This document shows positions 64,000 through 64,000 of a stretch of 64,000 nucleotides of DNA, piece by piece; within the stretch, counting starts at the first letter, position 1, and each line of letters starts with the position of its first letter. The position numbers and the translations under genes were made by a program. Source of the DNA: an uncultured virus (IMG/VR IMGVR_UViG_3300034108_000261) (lineage: Duplodnaviria > Heunggongvirae > Uroviricota > Caudoviricetes); IMG/VR virus record IMGVR_UViG_3300034108_000261; one strand, 5' to 3'. The notes beneath the pieces are model-generated. The model was given only the letters and a program-made list of their open reading frames with translations. It had not been told where the DNA came from and did not search any database.

Positions 64000-64000
64000 C

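Noticed and set aside
1..64000. Alternative genetic code, introns/inteins, integrase or IS elements
   Set aside because: Conserved genes read full length in the standard code with all three stops used; no intein, intron, transposase or integrase signatures were recognised.

Overview
A 64-kb segment of a large T4-like myovirus genome with no host chromosomal genes. (1) About 1-27.8 kb is a virion baseplate/tail module: a 2030-aa structural protein, gp8, gp7-like, gp6, gp25, a gp5 split into two genes, a hub-M23 fusion, gp53, gp48, gp4, gp2, gp54/gp19-like, gp26, gp51-like and a tape-measure-like protein. (2) About 27.8-33.6 kb holds gp32, gp59, gp33, a SleB-type cell-wall hydrolase, a two-piece (circularly permuted) tmRNA, an exonuclease, PhoH and a DenV-like glycosylase. 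(3) About 33.6-42.9 kb is a biosynthetic-looking operon: methyltransferase, five tandem radical-SAM enzymes, an SGNH-like protein, a 34-aa peptide and a carbamoyltransferase. (4) About 44.3-51.5 kb is a curli (CsgF/CsgG/curlin) module joined to FecR and a CHASE2 adenylate cyclase, behind a T4 late-promoter motif. (5) About 51.5-59.2 kb is a candidate DNA-base hypermodification operon: TET/JBP dioxygenase, Ntn amidotransferase, amidoligase, GNAT, aGPT-Pplase2, P-loop kinase and a DUF4338-like protein, interrupted by a GIY-YIG/ParB-like gene. (6) Small early-type genes sit behind a repeated TTGACTT...GGGTATACT promoter. The most notable observations are the hypermodification operon, the curli/cAMP module, the radical-SAM array, a candidate -1 frameshift fusing gp26 to gp51, and the permuted tmRNA, which points to a probable alphaproteobacterial host. 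All product calls come from motif recognition by eye; no searches were run.
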